Below, piece after piece: positions 36,671 to 47,850 of a stretch of 64,000 nt of DNA. Position numbers and translations under genes: made by a program. How positions within the stretch are numbered: the stretch's first letter is position 1; each line of letters starts with the position of its first letter. The stretch is taken from positions 434,001 through 498,000 of the forward strand of contig JABVCE010000027.1 in the NCBI GenBank assembly GCA_014905635.1, in the 5' to 3' direction. The notes under the pieces were generated by a model. The model was not told where the DNA came from, ran no database searches, and worked only from the letters and a program-made list of their open reading frames with translations. Source of the DNA: Scenedesmus sp. PABB004 (lineage: Eukaryota).

Positions 36671-37040
36671 GCGCTGCTGGCGGCGGGCGCGGCGCGTGGG
36701 CGGCGGGGCAGCGCGCCGGGGCGCCTGGGGACTGGTCAACCGGGCGCCCGCGGCGCGGTTCGGCGGCGGGGCGCCGCGGTTCTCAGCCCCTGGTCACGGG
36801 GACGGGGCCGCCCCGTCTGGCTCGCCGCCGCGCCTGGCCGCCCGCAGCAACGCAGCAGCGCAGCAGGTCGCGCGCCGCCGCGCGCTGCTGCTGCGCGCCG
36901 CCACCTGCCGCGCGCGAGCCCGCCCCCTGCGCCGCCGCCGCACGACACGCTGGTGCGGCTAACCGTCATGCGGTGATGCGGGGCGCCCAGGCCGCCGCCG
37001 ACGAGCAGGGCAAGCAGTCAAGCGTCGGCGGGGCGCCCGC
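36671..37040 (+). repeat. Left arm of a ~370-bp inverted duplication (partner 41735..42107)
   Basis: gcgctgctggcggcgggcgcggcgcgtgggcggcggggcagcgcgccggggcgcctggggactggtcaa... matches the reverse complement of the sequence ending at 42107; near-identical for the first ~115 bp, then indels accumulate. Confidence 0.93.
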
Positions 37041-37804
37041 CCACCCAGCCCGCCGCGGCGCCCCGGTCGTGCTGCTAGCGGACCGGCAGGAGGTCGGGTG
37101 CGCCAGGATTGCGTGGGGGGAGCCGCGGTGCTGCGACGGCAGTGCTGCGACGGCAGTGCTGCGACGGCAGTGCTGCGACGGCGCCCGCTGCTCCGCGCGC
37201 CGCAGGCGCCTGGTGGAGGACATACGCGTGGCGCTGCAGGCGCCAGAGCTCGACGAGGCCGTGTGGCAGGCAGTGAGCGCGGTGCGCCTCGACGCGAGGG
37301 CAGCGGCGGCACAGCGGCCCGGGGCGCCTGGCGCCGGCGTCGCGCCGGTGCCGGCACCGGCGCGTGGCCGCGCGAGCGCCTCGCCGCGCAGCACCATCAC
37401 CTTCAACCAGGTGGACTCGCCAGCGGCTGACCGGCAGGCCGCCAGCACGGGCGCGCCAATGCCGGCGCCGGCGGGGCGGCGCCGCGCCTCGGCCGGGAGC
37501 GACGCGGGCGACGAGGTGCGCCGGCGCTCAGCGCAGCGTGCGGCCGCGAGCCCGGCCTCTGGCGGTGACAGGCGGCGCCGGCGCCGCAGCTCACGGGCGC
37601 CGCCGCGCTGCCGCGCGCCCCCTGGTCGCAGCTGAAGCAGCAGGTGGAGAGCCTGCTCAACCGCACCGACTCCATCCTCAGCCGCAGCTCGGGGCACAGC
37701 ACCGTCATTCACAAGAGCCCCTCCGCCCTGCGCGGGTGCGCGGGTGCTGCAGCCGCACGCCGCAGCGGCAGCTCGGGCACGCCGCCCGGAGCCGGCCGGC
37801 CTGA

Positions 37805-37883
<79 letters not shown>

Positions 37884-40487
37884 TGTCCGCGCCGCCGCCA
37901 GCCTCAACGCCCCCGCCGCCGTGCCCAGCCTGCTGCACACGCCGGGCGGTGGCTTTGACTTTGAGCAGCAGTCCAGCGCGCTCGAGACGCCCACGCTCAA
38001 GAGCGCGCAGGGCTCAGCCCGGGAGCTGGCCGCCGGCGCCGGCGGCACGCGGCGCGGCACGGGCACGAGCTTTGCCGGCCTGGGCGGGCGCAAGGACAGC
38101 ATCGGCGCGCTCGGCGGGCTCAGCCGCCGCTCGACGTACGAGCCCGGCGGCGGCGGCGCCAGCGTGGTCGGCGCTGCGTCGCCCGCGTTCTCACCCAGCT
38201 CCGACACCCCGCCCATCGGGCGCGGCGGCGGCATCGGCGCGCTCGGCGGCGACGACGGCCGGCTGTCGCCATCCTCGGCGGGCGGCGACCAGCCGGGCGG
38301 CGGGCTGCGGCACGCGCGCCGGCTGAGCCAGCAGGCGCTGTCGGACGCGGGCGGCGACAGGCGCGGGCTCGGGCTGGCCGTGGGCGCGGCCGCCGGCGGC
38401 TTCGCAGTCGCGCGCCCGGCGGGGCAAATGCTGACGCCCCCTCCCCTGCCCTCCCTCGACCCACCCACCTGTCGCTCGCGCCGCCGCTCGCGCCGCCAGG
38501 TTTGACAGCCGCGCCACGGGCGAGGGCCTGGGCGCGCGCTTTGACAGCGGCGCGAGCGCCGACCGCACCACGGTGGTGCTCGACAAGTCGGCGAGCTGGC
38601 GGGGCGCGGCGGGGGGCGGGACTTACGCCGACTTTGCGCCGCTCGAGCAGCTCGTGGACGCGGTGACTGACGCCGTTGGCGCCGGCGCGGGCCCGCCCGG
38701 CGGCCCGCCGCCGCGGCTGAGCGGGGGCGCCCCGGCGGCGCCCGCGCCGCAGCGCGCCGCGCTGGCGCTGATGCTGCTGCCGGAGTACGTGCACACGCCC
38801 CTGCTCGCCCGGTGGGCGCGCCGCGACGCTCGCGGCCAGCGCCGCGCAGCAGCCGGGCACGGCCGCGCGCTCACCCCGCGCTCGGCACGCGCCGGGCCGC
38901 CGCCGGCAGGCTCAAGGCTGAGCTCGCGGCGCTGGGCAGGGCGCCGCCCCGGGCGGCGGGGGGCTCCGAGTTTGACGCCGCGCTGCTGGCCCTCACCGCG
39001 CGGCTGTCGCAGTGGGGCCACATGGAGCGCGGCGCGGAGCAGGCGCGGCGCGCGGCGCGCCGCCGCAGCGCGCGCGCGCGCGCGCTCGCTCACCTGCCCC
39101 GCGCGCTCGCCTGCCCCGCGCGCCCGCACGCCCACGCGCCGCGCGTGGCGCCGCCACGCAGGCGTTCCATGCCATGCTGGACGCGCTGCTGGACGGCATC
39201 TTTGCGCGCCTCTCGCCCACCCGGGGCCGGCAGCCGCCCCACCCAGCCGCCGGCCGCCGCCAAGACAGCAGCGCTGTCAGCGCGGTGCCCTCGGACGCGC
39301 CCCGCGCACCGGGGGTCGGCGCGCCAGGCGGCGGCGGCGGCGCGGCGGGCGGCGGGCAGGCAGCCGGGGGCAGCCCGTGCGCCGGCGCGGCCGCGCCCGG
39401 GCAGCCGGCGGCACCCGAGCCAGCGGCGCCGCCGCTGAAGCCGACCGACTCGACGGTGCGCGCTGCGTTTGCGAAGCTCGCGCTCGGGCAGGCGATGCTC
39501 CGCGCAGGCCCGCCGGTGCGCGCCGCGCCGGACGCGAGGGAGCAGAGGCCTGCCACGCCCGTGGGCGGCGCGGCGGCGGCAGCCAGCGCGTCCGCCGATG
39601 GCACGCCGGACGTGGGCCTCTCGCCAGTTCTCAGCAGATCCAGCAGCGTCGCGAGCGGCAGTGACGCGCTGCCCACCGTCGGCGCGCAGGCGCCCGGCAG
39701 GGGCCCGGCCCCCCTCGCGGCGGCGGCGGCGGCAGAGCAGCCCGGCCCACGGGAGCTGGCGCGTGGCGGCGCGCCTGCCAGCCTGCCGCCTGGCCTTCCC
39801 GGCGAGCGGCGCAGCGAGGCACCGCTCCGTGCGACGTGCGCCGCAGCCGCGGCCTCGTCATTCGGGCGGCGAGGCTCGGCGGCTGCGGGGCCCGCGCGAC
39901 AGCACGCGGCAGCCCCGCACGGCCGCCAGCAGCCGGCGCCCAGCGTGGCGGCGCCGTGTGCAGCCGGCGGCAGCCCACTGCTGCGGCAGCAGCAGCCGTG
40001 GCTGGCCGGCCCGGCGGGCCCTGGCAACGCGCCAGTCGCGGCTTCCAGCAGTAGCCCGACGCTGGCGCGGCTGCAGCGGCGCCAGCAGCTGGAGCAGCGG
40101 CGTCAGCAGTGGGAGCAGCAGGAGCAGCAGGAGCAGCAGCAACAACAGCTGCGGCAACAGGAGCAGCTGCAGCAGCCTGCTGCCCACTGGGGAGCCGGCA
40201 GCACGTCCGATGCGTGCAGCTGGCTGGGCGCCGCGCGGCTCAGCAGCTCCCCGTCGCGGGTCAGCAGGCAGCTGGCTGGTCTGCAGCAGCAGTGGCCGGC
40301 GCGGCCGTCGCAACTGGTGGGAAGCAGCAGCGGCGCCGTGCGGCTGAGCAGCGCAGCAGGCGCTGCGGCTGCAGCCGCCGGCGCGGCCGGCGCTGGCGGC
40401 GCCGGCAGCCCGCACGTCGGCGCGCCGCGGTCCAGCCTGCCGGGGTGGGGCCAGCGACGCTCGGTCGCGGCATCGGGCAGCTGGTGA
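36976..40487 (+). CDS. Large low-complexity hypothetical protein (spliced)
   Basis: Protein-like exons LVEDIRVALQAPELDEAVWQAV, LKQQVESLLNRTDSIL, YADFAPLEQLVDAV..LMLLPEYVHTPLLAR, AFHAMLDALLDGIFARL with plausible splice sites; long terminal exon to TGA at 40487; no domain recognised. Confidence 0.6.
37128..37182. repeat. 14-bp tandem repeat (gtgctgcgacggca) x4, probably intronic
   Basis: Direct reading. Confidence 0.92.
37806..37883. repeat. (GCC)26 microsatellite
   Basis: Direct reading; follows a CTGAC branch-point-like motif. Confidence 0.95.
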
Positions 40488-40810
40488 CGCTGGCTTTTGC
40501 GCGGCAGCGCCCCGAGCACCCCGGTGTGACGCACTCTTCTTACAGCGGCGCCCGCGCCGGACCCACCGAGCGCTCCCGCCCAGTCCCGGCTGCCCGGCGA
40601 AGCGCGGGGCCCGGCCGCACTACTAGTGTCCGAGCCAGAGCGTCCATCCCCCGTCCCCCTCCCCGTTGCGCCCCGCGGCGCTGGGCAGCAGCGCCGCCGG
40701 CGCCCGCTGCCCACGCGCTCCACGCCGCCGCCGCCGCGCGCCAGGGCGCTGCCGGCAGGCAGCCCCGGCTGCTGCGGCTATGGCTGGCGCCGCTGCTGCC
40801 GCGCCGGCGC

Positions 40811-41380
40811 TCAGGCCGGCAGCGCGCCCTCCCGCTGCAGCGCCGCCGCGAGCTCGCGCTCCTTCTCGATGATGTTGCCCACGTTGCGCGGCTTGGCGTG
40901 CGTGCCGCTGTTCCACTGGCACACGCGCACCGCCGCCTCGTAGCGCTTGGTCAGCTGCGCGCCGCCGCGCCAAGCCGCGCCGCAGGGGTGAGCGCGGCCC
41001 GCGCCAGTGCCGAGACCGCCGGCGCCGCGCCCGCCGCCGCGCGTGTCCGCACCTGCTCGCACTTGTCCACGAAGTTCACGCCCTCCGAGCGCACGCACTC
41101 GCCCAGGCGGTCCTTGAGGATCTGCGGCGTGAGCAGCGGCGGCGTCGGACGACGCAGCAGCAGCAGCAGCAGCAGCAGCGGCGTGGGCGGCGCCCCCCGC
41201 CGCCGCCGGGCGCCGCCGCGCCCCGCCCGCCCGCCCACGCGGCGGGCGCGCCTTCATCTTCTCCACGTTGATGGCCACGCGGTTGGTCTTGTACGCCACG
41301 TTGTGGTAGAAGACCTTGAGGTCGCTGCGCTCATCCACGTCCAGGATGGGCGCGCTGGGGCGCTGCACGCCCTCCGCCAT
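40811..41380 (-). CDS. NDUFB10: Complex I subunit NDUFB10 (PDSW)
   Basis: INVEKMK/ILKDRLGECVRSEGVNFVDKCEQ/LTKRY matches the E.xK.LRxxLxxCxRxEGVNxxxxC signature; 3 exons. Confidence 0.88.
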   Translation of the reverse strand: MAEGVQRPSAPILDVDERSDLKVFYHNVAYKTNRVAINVEKMKARPPRGRAGGARRRPAAAGGAAHAAAAAAAAAASSDAAAAHAADPQGPPGRVRALGGRELRGQVRAGADTRGGGRGAGGLGTGAGRAHPCGAAWRGGAQLTKRYEAAVRVCQWNSGTHAKPRNVGNIIEKERELAAALQREGALPA

Positions 41381-41734
41381 GGCGCCGGGCGACGCCGGGC
41401 GTCGCGGGCCGGGCCCGGGCGGGCGGGGATCGCGCCCAGGCGGCCGCGCGGGGCGCGCAGGCTGGGCAGCGCGCTGCTGCGGCGCACGGCCTCGCGCGGC
41501 GCGCGTCGAGGGAGAGGCGGCGCCAGGTGTGTGCGCGGGGTCAGGCCTGGCTGCCGATGGAGCGACTGCTGCTGCCGCGGCCCCGGCCCTGCTGAGCCCC
41601 GCTCTCCGGCAGGCTGGCCCTTCAGGGGGGCCTCAGGACCGCGCGCGAGGTTCCGTCGCAATGCGCGCCGCCGCTGGCGCCGGCGCCGCCATCGGCCCGC
41701 GCGGCGCCCGCGCCCCCGCGGCGACTGTTGCCGC

Positions 41735-42107
41735 GCGGGCGCGCCGCCGCCGCTCGACTGCGCGCCCTGCTCGGCGGTGCCCAGCTCCTCGGACGCCCCC
41801 CGCATCACCGCATGGCCGGCGCGTGCGGCGGCGGCGCAGGGGGCGGGCTCGCGCGCGGCAGGTGGCGGCGCGCAGCAGCAGCAGGCGGCGGCCGCGCGAC
41901 CTGCTGCGCTGCTGCGCTGCTGCGCTGTTGCGGGCGGGCCAGGCGCGGCGCCGCGAGCCAGGAGGGGCGCCCCGACCAGGGGCTGAGGGAGCCGAGAACC
42001 GCGGCGCCCCGCCGCCGAACCGCGCCGCGGGCGCCCGTTTGACCAGTCCCCAGGCGCCCCGGCGCGCTGCCCCGCCGCCCACGCGCCGCGCCCGCCGCCA
42101 GCAGCGC
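41735..42107 (-). repeat. Right arm of the ~370-bp inverted duplication, inside the NDUFB10/PP2A-B55 divergent intergenic region
   Basis: Reverse complement of 36671..37040. Confidence 0.93.
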
Positions 42108-42306
42108 GTACACGCCCCGCCCGCGCGCCGCGCCGCCCGCAGCCCGGCCTTCCGTTGCAGGGATGTATGCGCCCGGGCGCCCCGCCGCGCCGACGGCCTG
42201 AGGCGCGCGCCCGCGGACGGCCAGGCGCGGCGAGCCCCCCCCGCGTGAGCCCCGCGGGGCGGCCATGTGCGGCTAGAGGCGGGCAGTCCTGCTGCTGCGG
42301 CAGACA

Positions 42307-45141
42307 ATGGTCGCCGGCGCGCCCGGCGGCTGCCTGGAGGCGCCGGCGCCCGTGGAGTGGCAGTTTCTGCAATGCTTCGGCGAGAGGACGCCCGGGGAGG
42401 AGGTCCAGGACGGTGAGGCGCCCGGGCCCCGCGGGCAGCGGGGCCGCGAGCGGGAGCGCGCGCAGCGGCGCGCCGCCGGCCGCAGGCCGCCCCGCGCGCC
42501 GGCCCCGGCGCCGCGCGGACGGCCCGCACCGTCGGGGCGCACGCGCGGCGCGCGGCGGCGCCGGGGGGAGTTGCCCGGCAGCGTTTTTCGCCCGCCGCGC
42601 TGTTGTTGCGCCCCCCGCCCGCGCCCGCGCCCGGCGCCGCGCCCGCGGCGTGCCATTGCGTGGCGAGACGCCGGTCCCGCCCGCTCGCGCCGCAGCCGAC
42701 GTGATTTCGGCCGTGGAGTTTGACTCGGATGGCTCCTACCTCGCCACCGGCGACAAGGGCGGCCGCGTGGTGCTGTTCGAGAAGGTCTCCACCCAGCCGG
42801 TGCGCGGCCGGAGGCGGGCCGGCGGCGGCGGCGCGCGGCGGCGCGGCGGCGCGCGCGGCAGCGCGCGGCGGCAGCGGCAGCGGCGCGCGCGGCGCGGGCT
42901 GCGCGCCTGCAGGCGGCGCCGGCGCGCCAGCCGACGGCTGCGGGGACCAGCGCGCCGCAGCGGCGCGCACAGCGCGGCGGCGCAGCAGGCGCGCTCCGGC
43001 CGGCTCACCCGCCGCGCCTCGCGCCCCGCGCCGCGCCGCCGCGCGCCCCGCAGCGCTACGCGCCGGGCATGGAGCAGCGCGCGCCCGCGCCGGCGCCGCG
43101 CGGGCCGGGCTTTGAGTACCGCTACCTGACCGAGTTTCAGAGCCACGAGCCGGAGTTTGACTACCTCAAGAGCCTGGAGATCGAGGAGAAGATCAACAAG
43201 GTGCGCTGGGTGCGCAGCTCCAACAACACCAAGCACATCATCGCGACCAACGACAAGACCATCAAGCTCTGGAAGGCGCGCCCCACGCGCGCGGCGGCAG
43301 CGCCGGCGCGGGCCGCGCCAGCGCCGGCGCGGGCCGCGGCAGGGCCAGCGCGGCTGCCGCCGCCGACCCGCCGCCGCGGGGGCGCGCGCAGGTCTACGAG
43401 AAAAAGACGCAGATCGTGACTGGCTGGAACGTGGAGCGGCCGGGGTGCGCGGCGCGGCGGCGCACAGCGCAGCGGCGGCGGCAGCAGCGGCTGCCACGCA
43501 CGGGCGGCAGCCGGCGGAGCGCTCACGCGCGGCGCGGCGCGGTCGCTGCGCGCAGGGGCTTCATGCACTCGCCGCGCCTCGGCGGCGGGCTGGCGTCGGC
43601 GGCAGCGCCCAAGGTCAACCGCCTGCGCATCCCCACGGTGGGCGGCGGGCGGGGCTGGGCCTGTGCCGTGCAGCGGCAACACCGCCAGGCAGCAGCGGCG
43701 GCGGCAGCAGGAGCAGCGGGCTGCTGCAGTGGTGGCAGCAGCGGTGGTGGCGGTGGCAGCGGCCGTGGCGGCAGCAGCGGGGGCAAGCAGCAGGGGCGGC
43801 GTCAGCGGCAGCGGCGGCCTGCAGCTCACCGCGTGCGCGGCGCGCGGCGGGCGCGCAGGTGACGCCGCACGAGCTGTGCCTCGCGTCGCGCGCGAAGCGC
43901 ATTTACGCCAACGCGCACACGTACCACATCAACAGCATCAGCGTGAACAGCGACCAGGCGACCTTCCTGTCGGCGGACGACCTGCGCATCAACCTGTGGA
44001 GCCTGGACGTCACCGACCAGAGCTTCAACATCGTGGACATCAAGCCGCCCAACATGGAGGACCTGACCGAGGTCATCACGTCGGCAGAGTTCCACCCCAG
44101 CCACTGCCACGTCTTCGCGTACAGCAGCAGCAAGGGCTGCATCCGCCTCGCCGACATGCGCGGCGCCGCGCTCTGCGACCGCCACGCCAAGGCGTACGAG
44201 GAGGTCGACACGTCGGTGCGCGCGCCGCGCCGCGCTGCGCTGGCCCGCCGCCCGGCGCGCCGCACGCCTGAGCGCGCGCCGCACGCCTGAGCGCGCGCCG
44301 CACGCCTGAGCCCGCGCCGCACGCCTGAGCCCGCGCCGCGCCGCGCCGCGCCGGGGACCGTCAGGGGAGCAAGTCGTTCTTCAGCGAGATCATCGCGTCC
44401 ATCAGCGACATCCGCTTCTCCCGCGACGGCCGCTACATCCTCAGCCGCGACTACATGAGCCTCAAGCTCTGGGACATGGCCATGGAGGGCCGCCCCGTGC
44501 TCAGCCTGCCCGTGCACGAGGAGCTGCGGCCGCGGGTGCGGCGGCGCGGCGGCGCGCCGGCGCGCCGGCGCGCCTGCCGCTGGCGCCGGCAGCGCCGCGC
44601 TGACCCGCCGCCGACCCGGCGCCGCGCGCAGCTGTGCGACCTGTACGAGAACGACTGCATCTTTGACAAGTTTGACGCGTGCATGAGCGGCGACGCGACG
44701 CACGTCGCGAGCGGGAGCTACAACAACACGTTCAAGGTCTTCAAGGCCGCCAGCGACGGCGGCGCGGGCGTGCAGCTGGAGGCGAGCAGGGACCCCATGC
44801 GGCGACGGCTGCAGCCGGCGCAAAAGGTGCGGCCGGCGGCAGCGCGCTCGCCCGGGGAGGGGGGCAGAGGAGGAGGGCCGCCCGGCGGCGCAGCTGCGGC
44901 GCGTCTGCCGCCGCGCGCTCACGCCCCGCGCCCGCGCCCACGTCCCGCGCCCGCGCAGGCGTCGGCGCCGGCGCGCTTCCCGCACAACGTGCTCAAGGGC
45001 CGCATGGGCAAGCGCAGCCCGGGCGAGGTGCCCGAGGCGGCCAACGACTACGGATCCAAGCTGCTGCACCTCGCGTGGCACCCGGAGGCCAACGTCATCG
45101 CCTGCGCCGCGTCAAACAGCCTCTACATGTACGCCGCCTGA
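42307..45141 (+). CDS. Protein phosphatase 2A regulatory subunit B (B55/PR55)
   Basis: [108 protein letters not shown]. Confidence 0.98.
44256..44339. repeat. Intronic 19-bp tandem repeat (cgcgccgcacgcctgagcS) x4
   Basis: Direct reading. Confidence 0.9.
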
Positions 45142-45289
45142 GCGCCGCGCGGCATCTCTTGCCGGGCCGGGCCGCGCCCTCGCCGCACCGCTGCCGGCGG
45201 CGGGGCCGGGCCCGGCGCGCCAGCTCGAACAAACTGGCGGCGCTCTGGCAGCAGCAGGCGCAGCAGCAGCACCACCAGGCGCACCAGGC

Positions 45290-45290
<1 letters not shown>

Positions 45291-45347
<57 letters not shown>
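45291..45347. repeat. (CAG)19 microsatellite downstream of the PP2A-B55 stop codon
   Basis: Direct reading; preceded by interrupted CAG/CAC triplets from ~45248. Confidence 0.95.
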
Positions 45348-45348
<1 letters not shown>

Positions 45349-46425
45349 GCACCAGGGCGCGCTGCCTCCCGTCAGCTGTGCAGCCGCGCCGGCTGACGCT
45401 CGCGCGCCCGCGAGGTGCGCCGGCGCGGGAGGCGTCAAATGATGCACGCAGGCCGTGGCATGCGCGGGCTTTGCGCTGAAGGTTGTGGGCCGCTGGCGCC
45501 GCGCGGGGCTGACGCATAGCGCGCCGCCCGCCGGCGCTGCAGCGTGGGCGCTGGGAGCTTGGCCGCGGCTGCCGGGCGGGGGGCCAGCAAGGCCTGCCGC
45601 CGGCGCCGCTGGCGCGCCCCGGTCGGTCGGTTTTTTGGGGCGCCCGCTGAGCGCTGTGTTGTGAGATACACAGGCCTGCGGCGCGGCCCGCGATTTCATT
45701 CCTCCCCGGCGCGTCCTGGTCAAGGCTGCCGCGGCCTGGCCCAGCCGGCAGCGTCTGACTCGGGTGCTGCGTGCGTGCCTACTTGAGTGCAGGCGCCGGC
45801 TGCGTGGCGATCCTCTAGAGCTCGAGAGTAGGGGCTCCGCTGTTTGCGTGGTGTGTGTGTGTGGGCGCGCGCCGCCACGCCGCACGCTGCTGCTGCTGCA
45901 CGGCGCGCCCGCACTCGGCTGCCGCCGACAGCTGTGCGTCCCCATGTGCCAGGCCGCATCTGGCGTTTCCTGCATGGCGAGGCCGCCGTCCGCGGCCCGC
46001 TGCCCGCTGCTAGGTCGAGGCTGGCACGCTTCCTCGCGCCGCCGCGGCCAGCGCGAGAGGGGCGCCCTCCCCTGGTGGCAGTGAGCGGCGGTCGCTGGGC
46101 CGCGCGCGGCCGCCCCCAAACCGGACAAGACCGCGACCAACACCACCACCAACACACCCCATTTCTTGTACAGTGAGCGCGCGTCGCTCGCATCGCTGCC
46201 CCTGCGTGGCTGGCTCGCCGCGGTCGGCGGCGCGCCCGCGATCGCGCGCGCGTTGCCGCTCGCGCCCGGCCGGCGCTGGGGAGCGGCGTGTGCAGGTAGC
46301 GGCACTGGTGACGCCCTAGGCAGGACGCGCGCGGCAGGCTAGGCTAGGCAGGACTGGACTCGCTGTAACCGCCACGAGGCGCGCCCGCGTGCCCCTTGCG
46401 CCCTCTGCGCTGCGACAGCTGGCGG

Positions 46426-47439
46426 TTACACCGCGTCGCTGCTGGGTCCCGCAATGTCGACGCCCACCGCGGCGGCGCGCGCCTGCGCGTCCGCGATCAC
46501 GTTGCTCGCGGGCGGCTGCCACGCGGCCATGTCGGCCACGAGCTGCTGCGGGTCCTCAGCGACCAGGAGGCGGAAGTGCTCGCCCTTGACAAAGCCCTGC
46601 GGCGGCGAGCGCGGGCGGTCAGCCCGGGCGCGAGTCGCGGCGCGGCCGCCACGCTGCGCTGCGCACTCGCGCGCTGCGCGCCGGACCGCCACGCTGCATG
46701 CCCGCCGCGCCGCCGCGCGCGTCCGCGCGCCTCGTTCACGCAGTGCCTGAAGAATGCGATCAGGCCGTCGTAGTAGCCCTCCGTGTTGAGCAGCGCGACG
46801 GGCTTGGCGTGGAAGCCGAGCTGCTGCCACGTCATCACCTCCAGCAGCTCCTCCAGCGTGCCGAGGCCGCCCGGCATCGCGATGAAGCCGTCGGCGGCGC
46901 GCGCCATCATGGCCTTGCGCTCGTGCATGTCGCCCACGACGCGCGTGTCGCCGATGAGCTCGTCGCTGATCTCACGCGGCGCGAGCGCGGCGGGGATGAC
47001 GCCCAGCACGTGCCCCGGCCCCAGCCCGCCCGCGACCTGGGGGCCCGCGGCGGCCCGCCGCGCGGCGTGCGTGTGAGCGCACGCCGCGCCCGCCGCCGGC
47101 GCTGCAGGCGAGGCCCCGGCGCTGCAGACGAGGCCCCGCCCGCCGCACCGTGCGGGCGATCTCTCCCATGAGCCCGACCGTGCCGCCTGCGCGGCGGCGC
47201 GCCAGCGGCGCCGCGGCGTGTGCGCGGCCGCCGTGCGCCGCGGTCGCAGCCGCGCCGCCGCCCTGCCTCCCTGCCCAGCGCGCACCGCCGTAAACCAGGC
47301 CGATCTCACGCGACACCATCGCGTCCGCGAGCTGCCGCGCGGCGGCCGCGTACGCCGGCCGGCTGCCGACGCTGCTGCCGCAGAACACGCAGATGCGCTT
47401 CAGGCTCGGCGGCGCGTCGCCGAGGCCGGGCTTGGGCAT
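46426..47439 (-). CDS. LOG: LOG-family nucleotide phosphoribohydrolase (cytokinin-activating type I)
   Basis: [78 protein letters not shown] (PGGxGTxEE motif). Confidence 0.96.
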
Positions 47440-47850
47440 GTCTTCTTGATTGCGGTCGCCGCCGGAGGCGCCGCAAGCGCACGGGGAGCGGGCGCTGCTG
47501 CCGCCGCTCGTGCGCGCGCGATGAGCGGCGAGGGCTGCGCTCGCCGAGGGCGAGGTGGCGGCGTGCAGTCTTGGCGAGGACGCGCTGGGCGGGCCCGGAC
47601 TGGAGCGGCCGCGCAGGGCGCCGCGGACGCCACCGCAGACGGCGGCGCCGCGCCCCAAAACCTGGCGGCGCTGCGGGCGCAGAGCCACGCGGGCCGGCCA
47701 GCGAGCGGCAGACAGACGGCCGGTCACGACCCGCGCCCCAGCACACCTCGCAGCAGCAGACGCAGACGCAGCAGCAGCGGCGGCGGCAGCGGCAGCAGCA
47801 GCAGCAGCAACAGGCGCGGCACCGTGCGTGAGCCATGATCGAGCGCTGCG

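Noticed and set aside
36671..42107. Autonomous TIR DNA transposon
   Set aside because: No transposase motif or target-site duplication is visible, and the interior contains the housekeeping gene NDUFB10. Kept only as an inverted duplication.
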